Notes: a model not told the origin generated them from the sequence alone. A stretch of DNA of 64,000 nt from Lytechinus pictus (GCF_037042905.1 NC_087249.1:8186001-8250000); one strand, 5' to 3'. Positions 49,226-62,556 are shown, counted from the stretch's first letter. Translations and numbers: made by a program.

Positions 49226-50300
49226 TACTTGTGTGTGAGTGTGTGTTGGGGGAGGGGTTATTTTTGGGTATATTTCAGAATGACAATACCATTTATTGGA
49301 TTTATGTAATAGAATATCTCCCCAAACTGATAAAACACAATTACAAATAATTTATTAAAAAATTCCCTTCATACATGTATACCATTGCAACATATTGCAA
49401 ATGTCTGTCCATGATAAAATTTTGTTCGTCCGTGACAATATTCCGATTCAACTTTCGCTTACATGTATGAATATTTATTGATCTGGTTTTATACATGCAC
49501 GTTTTAGGTCTTTTGCTAGTGAGTTAGCTCAGCATGTTTTTGTTTAAGTTTATTGCTCGAGCAATAGAACATAAAACTTTTGAATTTTCTTTCTGTCACG
49601 GATGGACAAATTTGCATTCTTGGACAAATATTTCCCAATATTTTTTTGTATTTTAGCAAAATGGTGTTTCATCTATAATTACTTGCAAACAAAACTCAAG
49701 GTACATGTAATCTAATGATTGTCAAAATAGGACCAAATCAATATTTCTCAAAAGCTTCCGTCCATTATAGCAGTGTTCGACACCCCTATTCGAAAGTGAG
49801 TCATTCCAGTCGCTTTCTGGACCTTACCAAATAAACGAATATGGATTTTAGTAACCTTAGATATCAATGAAATATCTGTCAGTGAATACATCATAAGAAT
49901 ATAAATAAAAATGATTTTTTTACCCCAATGCTCACTTTAACCAATCAGGCTCTTGTACAAAAATTTTAAAAGCCATTTTGTGAGAAGTGATCCAATGTAA
50001 AATGACCATCATGCCCTGGAAGAATTTAAGCATTTATTAAAAAGTGGTTAGTGATATCTGATCTATGTTTGATAATGAAGTATGGTATTTACACATTTTA
50101 AAGCGAAATATTTTAGTTAAACAATTATAAAGGCATAGAATTTGACTGAAAGTAGTCAAGAGTCCAATTTCATGACATTGGTCATTTGCACTCCACACCA
50201 AATGACTAAACTTCAATCCTCGATACTCTAACCTAAACCTAATATAAAACCCTATTGCAACACTAATCCTACATGTCATCGTAGATGAAATAAAGCCCAG

Positions 50301-51110
50301 GGGCGGTATTCTGAGGTCATTTTATCTTTAAAATATTTTATTTTATCTCTTAAAATGAAATTGGTATTCTGAGATGACATTTTATCTCTCAGGTAAAATT
50401 TAAAATTTTGTCTCGCGTATAAATTTTATCTTGCGTATCTATAGATGATACGCAACAGAACAGTGCCTGTGTAGACATACCCATCGCGTATCTGGCCATT
50501 GCAACACGGATGATGTGCTTGCGCCCGTGTTACTTTTAAGAAAAAATGAAATAAACTTAAAAGAGGGTATCTCAGCGACGTTGATTTCATTATTATTTTC
50601 AGGTGAATTAACTTCAAATGTTGACTTGAAAATGAAGAAAAAATATATATTTATTGAGAATAACACCTTAACGTTATTCCTGTACAATCAGGAAGTATTT
50701 CATAAGACTTTCCTTGACTAATATTGTCTTTGAAATGATGCTTGAAAAGATGTGATATAGACTTCGAAAAAAAGAGTATTGTCATTTTAAAAAAGAAATC
50801 TTTGTAAAGACGCGCAAGCGTATAGTGCAAGCGTATTTGAAGTCAATAAATTGACGGAATCTCACTCCTTTGCCACACCTCCTGGCGGAATGGATTTCCA
50901 TTGGTTGAGTGATATGAGAGAGCTATAAAAGCGCGTTTCTAATTGGATATTGATAAAAAAATAGGTGTGTCTTACAGAGATAAAATGAAGATAAAATTGT
51001 TCTCTGAATAGCAAGTCGGAGCGATTTTAAGGGTATTTTATCTCACTGATTTTAACGGAGATAAAATATTTTATTTCATCTGAGATAAAATGGATCTCAG
51101 AATACCACCC
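50301..51110. mobile_element. PIF/Harbinger-type MITE
   Basis: GGGCGGTATTCTGAG / CTCAGAATACCACCC; 3-bp TSD CAG; subterminal TTTTATCT/AGATAAAA repeats. Confidence 0.85.
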
Positions 51111-52247
51111 CAGAGCACCAAGAATCCATCTGGAGACTTAAACAATTTTGCATTGCCTTCATCTTTTCACAATATTGGTAGCAATGGGCCATTATAGACG
51201 ACCCCGACCAAAGCTTATAAAGGGAAATTGACAAAGATCTGTAAACTGCAAAAGCACAAGAATGCAAGTTTTATGCATATTCACCACTTGCCAGCAAGTC
51301 AGCAGGTTTTGAAAATACCTGTAGCCAGCCCAGGTCTTATCAGTCTGTAGTATTACATTGTACTGTGCCAGGAGGGTTGTAATTACATAGATTTGTAATT
51401 AAAAAAAAAATCAATTCTTTTCTTGATTTCCAGAATAGGAATTAAAGTTTGTTTTTACAATTTGCAAAAGATAAATGATACTGACAACATTTAGTTTTAA
51501 TGGATGAAGACTTAACACTTGACTTGGGTTTAATACAAAACTCCTGGAAATTTTGGCAGTGGAAACCTTCCATGGGGATAAAGAGAAGCTTTGTCGGACT
51601 TCTTCAGAATCTTTAGCATTTTTCCGGAGTTTTAAGAAATAATTTTCAAAAAGCAACAATTTTCTGATAAATATACAGGAATACTCAGTAAGATGTTAAG
51701 ACAAATGGCAGTGGTGGTGACGATTTAAAAATGAGTTCGTACATGTACAGAATGTAATAAAATGACCACCCAAGTGTTTACAAAATTGTAAAATAATATG
51801 TGTGTCAAATTCAAAGGAATCTTGAAGAAATTATGTAATTGTTAGTATATACATCGAGTGTGACATCAACTGACTATATTTACTTTACTTTCAGAATAAA
51901 GAGAGAATTGAATATTCATTTTCTTGCCAAATAAATCATAACTTCAAGGAATTCCCCCTTCTGTGATATATGGTCAAACTGTTGTCAGGATAGGAAAACA
52001 TTCATTCTTTTAGTGGTTGTTTGAATAGCATTTACTGTAAACGTTTTGACTCAGCCCTCGTCATGAGTTCGGCATTCTCGATATTTTAGACTTTAGAGCA
52101 TATTATACAAGCCAGCAGCTTTGTATAGCACCACCTCAAGTCCTCAACTACTCAAACTTGGCCAAGTTCCTAACCCATAATGCAATATTATGTTTCCTTA
52201 TTTGGCCAGAGTCACTTTTTTTGCAAACTATTTTACTGGGTTTTTTT

Positions 52248-52853
52248 TTCCTCGCCTGAGCAAAGCTCGGCAGAGACTTTCATGTAGTAATCACTTTTCC
52301 TATTGATCTGTTTTAGTCTGTTGGTCTGTTAAAAATGTTTAAGGTTTTGTTCAACTTTCTTTCATTTTTTTAATTTTTACATCAGTTATGTTCATACTTG
52401 GTACATACTTCCTTTGGTAATACAACATGTGACCCCATGAGAATGATGGGGTCAAAAGTCATCTAGGGGTCAAAAGGTCAAATGATATGAGGTCATCCTT
52501 TTTTAAAAGTTTTTGTTCAACTGGCTCTCATTTCTTTATTTCTGCATCAATTTTGATCTGGTTATAATGATCTTTGGGTAATACCACATGTATGTTGTTG
52601 AGGATGTTGGGGTCAAAGGTCATCTAGGGGTCCAAAATTTAAATATGATATGAAGTCATGTCCATCCTTTTGTCAAGTTTTTGTTCAACTTGCTCTCATT
52701 CTTCATACTCGGTACAAATTAAGTTTGGGTATTATCACATGTGTGCTCTTGAGTATGATAAGGCCAAAGGTAATCTTGGGGTCAAAAGATCATATTGCAT
52801 ATTTTATTGGTCACGAAATCGGGCAAGACTCATGGTTCGTGAACCACCTTGTT
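52248..52853 (+). mobile_element. HINE-like element, family 2 (second copy at 60745-61154)
   Basis: subTIR ..TCGCCCA/TGA versus TCGGGCAAGAC, GTCTGTT microrepeat, 3' hairpin GGTTCGTGAACC, T-rich flanks. Confidence 0.65.
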
Positions 52854-53544
52854 AATAATTGGGGGCCGTATTGGTTAAAAATGAGGGGAAAACAAAAACA
52901 AAAATTCAAATATTTAATCTCTTTTGATCCATTATCTTGCTTATCATTAAATGTATTTTGATTAATAGTGGTAATCTAACGGTAAAATGAGAAATATTTA
53001 CTTACTTTTTAGGACTAAAAGATGGATTTCAGAAAATTCAGAACAATGTTTGACTTCTAACATCAATTCTGTACATGTGGGACGCAATCACAATCTCACA
53101 AACATTGCAAGAAAGAATTCATTTTTAAGGTATCAAAATATGTGTACATGAGATGAAAAAAGATGGAACCATTAAAGTTTGAAGGGGGTACTGTATAGGA
53201 ATCAGTGTATGGTCAGTCAGTCTGTTGCAAATCTTGCTCATTGAACTACATTGTACTTCCTCAATTGTTAACCAATTCTCATGAAATTTGGAACACACAT
53301 TGGTCTTGGGGTAAAGATGTGCAAGACATATTTTTTTTGCATATTTTGGAAATTGTGTTGCCATGGTAATGGTATATTGCAAAAATGAGGTAAAAATCTT
53401 GCAATTCAGACTACATGTACTTCCTCCAGGTTTCTAACCAATTCTCATGAAAATTGGCACACACATCGGTCTTGAGGAAAAGATGTTAAGACATATATTT
53501 TTGTGTAAGTGTCAGAAATCACATTGCCATATGGTAACAACATA

Positions 53545-55363
53545 TCAGCCATTCCATGTAACTAGACACCCTGCTTCAAATTTGAAGTTAAACCAATCAA
53601 TGAAGAATATTAATTTTTGGTGAGGTGCATGTCCAAAAGGTGTAAATCTGATTTTTCACAAATGACTGAGAAAGTTACACGATCCTAAAGACATGTCAAA
53701 TTTGCATGAAAAAGTATGTCTTTTTGTAACTTTTTAATGACACCAATAAAGACATGTTCTTTTGTCTAATACATCATTTTTTGTACTCTGTCTAATCTTA
53801 TAATCATTTTAAATTATCACTTTTTTTGCACTTTTTTTTAACCATGCTTGAAAATTTTCTAAGTCTCACATGTGCATGTACATGTACCATAACTATCGGA
53901 CTATAAACCGCTTCTTTTCCTTGGCGGGCAAGCGCCAAAAGTCAGGTGGGGTTAATCCACATAGCTACTGTAGCTCTGAGCCTTGCCAAACTCTGCCTGA
54001 AAATAAACCAAGACCACTACCAGTTTACAACTCGTCGGGTGGCCAAGCGTAACCGCATGGGGCAATGTCGTTAAGAGGGGTATGAGTGCGAGCCACGGGT
54101 AAAAATGGGAAGCGACTATGACTACTGGTATCTTAATCAATAAATGTCCATCAAAGTTTGCTTATGGTAACAAACACATCTACCTTCACGTAAATGAAAT
54201 TGACTTTATGAAAAGTGTGAATTTGTTGTCAGTGATTCAAAGCGGCAAAGCTCAGACAGACGCCAATCGACAGCACAGCGCAGCCGAGTAAGACCTGCAT
54301 GTTTATCGCGTCGTCAACGTAAGCTGGCGCTTACATGGCAGTTATCTTGTTAGACAATTTTGTGCCATCGAGTAGTATGGTACACAACAGTTTCAGTTTC
54401 ATGAACTTTATGTCATAATTTCATACATTTCATGATAACCTGTATTATTATTTTGATGTTTTCTGTCACGCATTGATGCTGGTATTGGTATCGTGATGTT
54501 GCAATGTACATCGGTAGTGATGTGTGTGTGTGTGAGGCGAGTGTGGAATTGGCCAGTAATGTCAGAAATTGTCTTTCATGATCAGTTGCAGATGAATTGA
54601 TGAAGCGCTGATTTCCCATCATTTTTTATCAGTAATACTTTGATTTTTTTTATAAACATTTTTGGTTCTTCGTTCCTGAATTTCTTAAATACGCATATAA
54701 GGTATAGAAAGTCAGGGATGACACTTTTTTTGTGTGATTCATCCGAAAATGGGGGTGCAGTTAATTCACGAGTGCAGCTTATAGTCCGATACTTACATGT
54801 ACGGTAAGTAGAGTATCAGAGCTGGAGCTTTGTTATAAAGATAAAATAGGATGTAAATGACCATAAATATTCTGTTTAAATGAAGTTTGGCCCAATTTAC
54901 TGTATAAAATCTTGATAATTTGTTCAACTTATAGTCCAAAATGATACTTGTCACGGGAGTCACACTCCTATGTCATGTGAGTCACATTTTCAAATGGCAA
55001 TCCACTCAAAACAAAAAAATCAGGCATTAATGAATTTTAAACGTAATATTTCCACATGTTTCAAAATACTCTCCAGAAAATTTAATCAAAATCTGGTGAG
55101 TAGGCCTATCTTCTGAGGAAATTACAGACAAATACAGTAAGGTCAGGAATCTTCAGTAGTGTCACATCATGCTAGTCACAACAAACAAATCAAAATTTCT
55201 CCTCCAAAAACTACTGTAAATTCAAATTTTTTGTTGGACAATGTGTATTATCAATATTTTCATTGAAATTAATAGGAAAAACAAGTCTGCAATAAATTAA
55301 CCTTTAATAAGAAGTTGAAATTTTGTGTACAAAAGTATGTAAATGTCACAATGGAATGGCTGA
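53545..55363. mobile_element. TIR element with TA (or ATAT) TSD
   Basis: TCAGCCATTCCAT / ATGGAATGGCTGA. Confidence 0.75.
53887..54804. mobile_element. pogo/Tc2-like MITE nested in 53545-55363
   Basis: TA|CCATAACTATCGGACTATAA ... TTATAGTCCGATACTTA(CATGTA)CGG|TA. Confidence 0.7.
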
Positions 55364-55990
55364 TATGGTGAAAATTTATGTTAATATCTTGTTCAAACAG
55401 TTTTCAACCAGTTCTCATGAAAATTTGGCTCACACATTGATGTTGAGGTAAAGATGTGCATGATATAATTTTGGCAAGTGTCTGAAATCACGTTGCCATG
55501 GTAACAACATATTTGGCAAAAATTAGCTAAAACTTTGTTGTTTGAATTTTTTTATCAGATTTTTAACCAATTCTCATGAAATTTAGGACAACCATAGGTC
55601 TTAAGTTCAGGAATGCAAAACACATTCTTCGCTTTTGTTAGAAGTTTTGTTGCCATGGTAACCGTATATTATGGCAAAAAACCAAGAAAACTCCGTGGAT
55701 CAAAATACTACCCCAGTATTTGGCCAGTGTTCATGAAAGTTGGCACCAACATTGCTTTTTCAAAAAACATGCAATACCCTTTTCTGAATGTGTTTCCATT
55801 TGTGTTGCCATGGTAATGACATTTTGTTGCTCCAAAACCCTGAAAAACTACTTTCCCATTTTTTTAACCAAATGTTGCTCCTGAAATTTGGCACAAACAT
55901 TCCTCTTGGGTAAGGAAATGCAAGATTTACTTCCCTAATGTGTTGTCATGGTAACGACATAGGTTGAGGGTATTAATATCCTTCAGTGCA

Positions 55991-56039
55991 TTTTTGTCTC
56001 ACCTGCATAGCAGAGTGAGACTATAGGCGCCGCTTTTCC

Positions 56040-56070
<31 letters not shown>

Positions 56071-57119
56071 GCGGCGGCGTCAACACCAAATCTTAACCTG
56101 AGGTTAAGTTTTTGAAATGACAGCATAACTTAGAAAGTATATGGACCTAGTTCATGAAACTTGGCCATAAGGTTAATCAAGTATTACTGAACATCCTGCC
56201 TGAGTTTCATGTCACATGACCATGGTCAATGGTCATTTAGGGTCAATGAACTTAGACCATGTTGGGGGAATCAACATCAAAATCTTGTCCTAAGGTTAAG
56301 TTTTCGAAATGTCATCATAACTTAGAAAATATATGGACCTAGTTCATGAAACTTATACATAAGGTTAATCAAGTATCACTGAACATCCTGCATGAGTTTC
56401 ACGTCACATGACCAAGGTCAATGGTCATTTAGGGTCAATGAACTTTGGCCGAATTGGGGGTATCTGTAGATTTACCATCATAACTTTAAAAGTTTATGGA
56501 TCTGATTCATGAAACTTGGACATAATAGTAATCAAGTATTACTGAACATCCTGTGCAAGTTTCAGGTCACATGATCAAGGTCAAAGGTCATTTAGGGTCA
56601 ATGAACTTTGGTCAAATTGGGGTATTTGTTGAATTACCGCCATAACTTTGAAAGTGTGTTGGTCTAGTTCATAAAACTTGGACATAAGAGTAATGAAGTA
56701 TCACTGAACATCCTTTGCGCATTTTAGGTCACATGACCAAGGTCAAAGGTCAATGAACTTTGGCCATAATGGGGGTATCTGTTGAATTACCATCATAACT
56801 TGGAAAGTTGATGGATCTTTCTCTTGAAACTTGGACATAAGAGTAATCAAGTATCACTGAACATCCTGTGCGAGTTTCAGGTCACATGATCAAGGTCAAA
56901 GGTCATGTAAGGTCAAAGAACTTTGGCCACGTTGGGGGTATTTGTTGAATTGCCATCATATCTCTATAAGTGTATTGGTCTAGTTCATAAAACGTGGAAA
57001 TACGAGTAACCAAGTATCACTGAACATCTTGTGCGAGTTATAGTAGTTTTCAAAATCAGCACTGCTGCTATATTGAATCGCGTGATGCAGGTGAGACGGC
57101 CAGAGGCATTCCACTTGTT
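55991..57119 (+). mobile_element. Intact HINE/Helentron-type non-autonomous element
   Basis: subTIR GTCTCACCTGCAT / ATGCAGGTGAGAC, 5' hairpin, (GACGGC/GGC)n, internal tandem units, T-rich flanks, no TSD. Confidence 0.85.
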
Positions 57120-57484
57120 TAATTTTTTCTGGCAGTTTTTAAGCTCAAATGCTTTATCCATATACCTACGATTCCATACAACTTAACGTTAAGATGGTGG
57201 AAATCTTTTGAGTAATTTCTTTTAAGAAAAGAAGCCTGAAAACTTGAGCATTATTGGTAGATTATCAATAATGCTAGTCTCGTTATTCATTTATTCAATA
57301 TGGGTAGAGATTGTAGTTTGAGACTTTTACAATTAAATTATAATAATAAATTATTAGATAAGACCATTGACATATTTTGCAAGTTATTCTAAGTTTTTTC
57401 TGTTTGGTCACATTGTCTACAAAATTTACACCCGGTTGTTTGTCTGGACAAGATGAACTTGTGATCAATATTTAATTTCATGTA

Positions 57485-57771
57485 GAGGTGTTGTGGCACA
57501 GTGGATAAGCCTCAGGAATTTGAACCACAAGGTCCAGGGTTCAAATCCCACCATGGCACTCGCGTCCTTTGACATTGAGGCATTTATCTACATTTGCCAC
57601 TCTCCACCCAGGTGTAGTAAATGGGTACCTGGTAGGAAGAAATTCCTTGAATGCTCAAGCACCCGATCAGAGTAGCCGTGCTAAAAAGCCGGGGTAATAG
57701 TATGCAGCGCTTTATAGAAACATTGTATTATTAAAGCGCTGTATAAATGTTGCATATTATTATTATTATTA
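57485..57771 (+). mobile_element. tRNA-derived SINE, diverged relative of 47477-47753
   Basis: TGGCACAGTGG, GGTTCAAATCC, CCACCCAGGTGTAGTAAATGGGTACC, (TAT)n tail. Confidence 0.85.
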
Positions 57772-58518
57772 ATGGATTGAAAATAATTTTAGACAATATT
57801 AGAAATCACAAATATTCACAATTATTTTTGCTTTACAATGCTTTTGAGAAATTCCGGAGCAATGGATAACGTTTTTGTAACTTCTGAAGGTTTCCATGGC
57901 GATGAAGAAAAGTGAAGTAGGTTTCACGGTATACCATGTACATGTATCTTTCTTGGGCAAGTCAAGTCTTGCACCAGTCAAAATTATATTATTTATCATA
58001 TCAAATTCAAAATTTGTTTAAATTTTATTATTTTCAGTAGATAAGGCCGTTAATTGAATAGAAGAGATTTCACAAGCTTTGTTACACACTGTAAAAGATA
58101 ACGCCTCTTTGCTTCAAAGGCAAAATCTCGCTGGTGCCAAACTGAATCGGTTGGGTAACAACACTCTCATTTGTCTGTAATACTACATGTATGAATATTT
58201 TTAAACAGTGAGTATTGAATATTGAAAACAGAAATCAGAATTAATAGTATGACAATAAAAATGAAAGAATAGACAATGTGGCAGTATGCCAGCTTGCTAT
58301 TAAAGCATCTATATAGAGAATGATGTGATTATGTCACATTTCATATATTCAGTTTGTCAATGTGAAATAATGTAAATTTGAAAAGCTATTAATAATGATA
58401 ACAATATCCTGTCTCAAGTGCAAATTCAATGTCAGCGAGTCTGAAAATGTAGTAATGCCGAATTAGTTTTCTCTCTCTGGTCTGATTTATTATATCTCTG
58501 TATTTTTTCATCTTTCAG

Positions 58519-58577
58519 CTGAGACCAAGAATCCACCGAAGCCAAAGGTTGACGCCAAATTCCTTGCTGAATTTCAG
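58519..58577 (+). CDS. RPRD2: RPRD2 coding exon 4 (ETKNPPKPKVDAKFLAEFQ)
   Basis: TTTCAG| acceptor, CAG|GTAGGC donor; phases 1 and 0 fit; resembles RPRD2 'NPKAALKSKIVAEF'. Confidence 0.82.
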
Positions 58578-58815
58578 GTAGGCAAACTTTCTGGTTGTAC
58601 ATGTACTTACATTTCTCTTTTTCCATCTAGCTCAATATTTTGGTCAACCGAATGATCATTTTGGTTGCCAAAACCTACCTGACGCATTTGAATCACATTA
58701 CAAAAATTTGGACCAGACGGAAGCTTCTCATTTGGCCAGCCAAAACACCTGTTGCAGTTTGCATGATTAGGATTTGAGCCCTTTTCCACAAGTTTGGTTT
58801 GCCCCAGTGACAGAG

Positions 58816-59221
58816 GGTTTATTATCAATTGGTCTAATGCCAATTCGTCCAATTACAAACTCATTTACTATCATTTTGTCTACCATCAGTTTGTCCACTA
58901 TCCTCATGGTCTAATTGCCATTTTGTCCACTCACCACGTCTAATAACCAATTGGTCCAATAGCCATTTATACCATTTGGTCTAATTGGAATAAGTGTTAA
59001 TTGGGCAAAATGAAAGAAAACTAAATGGATATTAGACCAAATGGTTATGAGACAATGGTCATAGACGAACTGGTGATTAGACGAAGTGATGATTGGACCA
59101 AATGGTTATTGGACTAAATGATTGTTAGAAGAAATGTTGATGGACGGAATGGCATTAGACTAAATGAAATAGACCATTTGATGAGTGGACAAGTTGGCAA
59201 TAGTCGAATTGGCAATTTATC
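58816..59221. mobile_element. GG..CC element, family of 13798-14214
   Basis: Direct repeat GTGACAGAG at 58807-58815 and 59222-59230. Confidence 0.75.
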
Positions 59222-59486
59222 GTGACAGAGGTGGTTCATGCCCTGATCAGACCTGAACCTGAATCTTGGACTAGCCCAAAATTTTTGGCGGGTCAAAAGG
59301 CTGCTGATGTGAAAAGGATATACGATGACCATACATAAGGTGCGTAGTTTGAGTTTAAAATGGCTCCTTCCCCTCTAATGTGATTCATGTAGCTTGTTGT
59401 GGACCCTGAGCTGAATATTAGCCCTGACTGAAAACTAAGCTTGTGATGATTAATGTTGCTGAATTTTATTTTTACTATATAAACAG

Positions 59487-59613
59487 CCTGAAGAAGTACC
59501 GGATGTGATAGAGGAACTGAATGAATTTCAAGATGAGGTGGAACTGAAGTTCAAGCAGCTCTCAAATCTAAACCTTGATGTTACCAGTGTGGACACAATA
59601 TCACAACTGAAAG
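59487..59613 (+). CDS. RPRD2: RPRD2 coding exon 5 (ELKFKQLSNLNLDVTSVDTISQLK)
   Basis: AAACAG| acceptor, G|GTGAGT donor; resembles RPRD2 'ELKEKQLSTMRVDV'. Confidence 0.9.
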
Positions 59614-60744
59614 GTGAGTCCCTTTGATAGATATAAATACCAGTTGTGGTAACAATCTCAAAATGAGTTCGAACAGAATCCAATAAATATGACCACCCAA
59701 GTGTTTATATGTATGAATAAAAAATATGTGCTAAATGGCTCTGGAAAAAAAATGTGCAATTGCTGAGAAATTAGCAAAAAGAGCAAGGAATTCCATAAAA
59801 TGTCGGGTATTTTTCCAAAGAACATTAATACACTGTCTTGCATGTGCCTTTTTGTGTTAGTGATCATCAGAATGATCAGTTTTCAGCTAAGATTTCATGA
59901 TTTCACAAAGATAAGTTTATTTCAATGTACCAGATCTATATCTACTATGGTGGCAATAAACTTTGATTTTAAAGACTTTCTCATGAAATAATTATTTGCT
60001 GCAACTACTTTCTTTTACCTTTAAACTTTGTTCCTGTCTGAATTGAATAATAGTCAAACACATCAGCCTGAAAGACATAAACCAAATATGAGACATTCAA
60101 GTTTCAGAGGATTAGTCTTGGTTTTCACTCATTCTAAATTTAAAACACCAACTATAACCCTGCTCACAGGATATATAATTTGCATTCAGACATTTGATGC
60201 CGAGAATTTCAATCTACAAAGATTGAGTTTCAAATGGCTGTTTGGAATCAGATTTAGTACTAAAGAGCTGGTGATTGTTTCATAAAGCTGTGTGTGAAGT
60301 TGCAATTTTGCGCAAGACTGGACAATGATCTCGGGTGTTAAGTCACCTAATAATAATAATTATAATAATGGATATTGAGAGGCGCTAAAAACAAAATGTA
60401 CCATGGCGGGTGAATTAATGAATTGATACTAATTTAACTTTTGCAATAATAACCACAATCATTCATTCAAGATAAAAGGGAAATTAATTATTGAGGAAAA
60501 AGGTATGTCTTAAGGGAAGATTTGAAGCCAAGAATACTGGAAGCACTTCTTATCGGAAGATGGATGGCATTCCAAGTCTTGGCAGCTGCTACAGCAAAAC
60601 GTTTTTTGGTAGAGGAGAGTTTCTACCTACAAAGGGATATTAGAACAAGAAAGGGTCACCAGTCGTGTGTGGAGTCACTTGTACCTTATGAACAGCTTTC
60701 ATGAAGCATCCACCTGGTCATTGCTTATGCAAACTTACAAACAT

Positions 60745-61154
60745 TTTTGTCTCGCCCAAGTTCGGCAAAGACGTAGTAATCACTTTTCCTGAACATTGGT
60801 CTGTTAAATTTTTTTTTTTTTAGAGTTTTTGTTTATCTTGCTCTCATTTCTTTATTTCTGCATCAATCATGTTGGTACTTGGTACAAATGATCCTTGGGT
60901 AATACTGCATTTGTGGTGATGAAGATCGTGAGTTTAAAGGTCATCTAAGGGTCAAAAGGTCAAATGATTAACCGTGTCCTCATTTCCTTAATTTTGTATA
61001 AATTTTTGTTTAAACTTCAAACAAATGGTCATTAGGTATTGTCCCATACATTCCGGTAAAGCTTACATCAAGGTCGTCTTGGAGTCAAAAGGTCATTTTG
61101 CATGTTCATGATCGCGAAATCATGTGAGACTCATGGTTCGTGAACCACCTTGTT
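60745..61154 (+). mobile_element. HINE-like element, family 2
   Basis: Shares 5' and 3' ends with 52248-52853. Confidence 0.65.
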
Positions 61155-61317
61155 GTGAACTACCTTGGGAGTTTTTTTTTTTTAGCTTGTGACTCTTTTG
61201 AGAGAGGCTGTGGAACGTGCATATCTTTCACGAAAAGTATTTTTTGTCATAATAATTTATATGTAATCATTTACAACCATTTCTTACGCATCATCCTCTA
61301 TTCTACTCTTTGCCTAG

Positions 61318-61493
61318 ATCGAGCTGGAGGGAAGCTGTTCTCCCAGCAGTTTGAGGATGCGGCGGACCGTCTGGAGGAGTTTGTGGTTGCCTTGGAGAAG
61401 GAGGTCAATCTGCGCAAGCAGCTGGTGGATCTCCTTGAGAAGAGCGAGATCTACTTTGATGCTCAGATGGGAGAAGCGAGGATCGTTGCCAAT
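61318..61493 (+). CDS. RPRD2: RPRD2 coding exon 6 (DRAGGKLFSQQFEDAADRLEEFV...ARIVAN)
   Basis: Matches RPRD2 'DKTGGKKFSKEFEEASSKLEEFV...VKVVAN'; AAT|GTAAGT donor. Confidence 0.93.
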
Positions 61494-61519
61494 GTAAGTA
61501 TCACAGCCTAGTGTTCGAT

Positions 61520-61836
61520 AGAGAGTTCATATTTACTGCTGAGCCGCTCTCTTTAACGCACCAATTCCTTTGAAAATGCATGTCAAATCACAGTGGAGAG
61601 CTGAGAGGATTTTGTCGAAAGTGGCTGGACTGGGATAGCAGATCATCCGAAGATTTGCACGGGACGAACCATTGCAAATATATATGTCGTTGTCCAGAGT
61701 CAAGACACTACGCTGCTGTCCCTGGTCCACCAACTATCGACAAAAGCCTCTCAGCTCTCCATTGTGATTTTAATTGCATTTTCAAAGGAATTGGTGCGTT
61801 GTAGAGAGTGGCTCCGTAGTAAATGTGAAAACTCTT
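61520..61836. mobile_element. Palindromic MITE just after the exon 6 donor
   Basis: AACGCACCAATTCCTTTGAAAATGCA / TGCATTTTCAAAGGAATTGGTGCGTT. Confidence 0.7.
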
Positions 61837-62384
61837 CTCCGTTTGATCAAGGAGGTTTCAGTAGAAATTCCCTTTGAACCAAGTTCCAGCAGAATCTATG
61901 TCAGGCGTGTATTTATTCTCAATCTTCCTTGCAAATGGGTAGACAAAAGATTCCGGCATGACTCCATACCAGCAGATCATATAGAAAGGGAAATATGCCT
62001 TTGTGATGATAACTAATTGTAGCTGCATCTGGGTCCGGTAATATGGGCAGTAATCATTGTTACCTTTTCAAAGGTGTGAAAAAAGAAATGGTGCAATATT
62101 TCCTGAAATATGACTCAAATTTATGAAACTTCTGAAGGTTTCCATGGCGAAGAAAATTCACTCGACGGTGCATATACTTGAACTAATCTTACATATAAAA
62201 GTATTAACAATGGTATTCTAACAACTGCATTTAATATTTTTTATTTGTTGGGAGCAATCAGAAAAGTGTCAAGATCAGTTTTTTTCCTATAAAGGTCAAA
62301 TTCTCACTTTCTACTTGATGCAATGAAATGTTGACTCACATGATTATTTCCAAAATCACTTCTTGGATTTTCCATGAAATTGCA

Positions 62385-62497
62385 GCTTGGGTCAAGTGCA
62401 GCACAAAATGGATCAATTTCTTCCTGAGGAAAATCATGCATGGCAGGGATTTGAACCCATAATCCTTTGTTTCAAAGTCTGAAGACTAATCCACTTG
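62385..62497 (-). mobile_element. 5' fragment of the tRNA-derived SINE
   Basis: Reverse complement matches the head of 47477. Confidence 0.7.
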
Positions 62498-62556
62498 TGC
62501 TGAATGATGTATCCCAATTTAGTTGACTTAGCAGCTATGAACATGAAACGCCTACC

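Larger units (their letters stand above)
53180..55985 (+). repeat. Tandem-unit element (CCAATTCTCATGAAATTTGG...GTTGCCATGGTAAC, about 155-bp units) interrupted by 53545-55363
   Basis: The unit recurs on both sides of the insertion. Confidence 0.6.
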
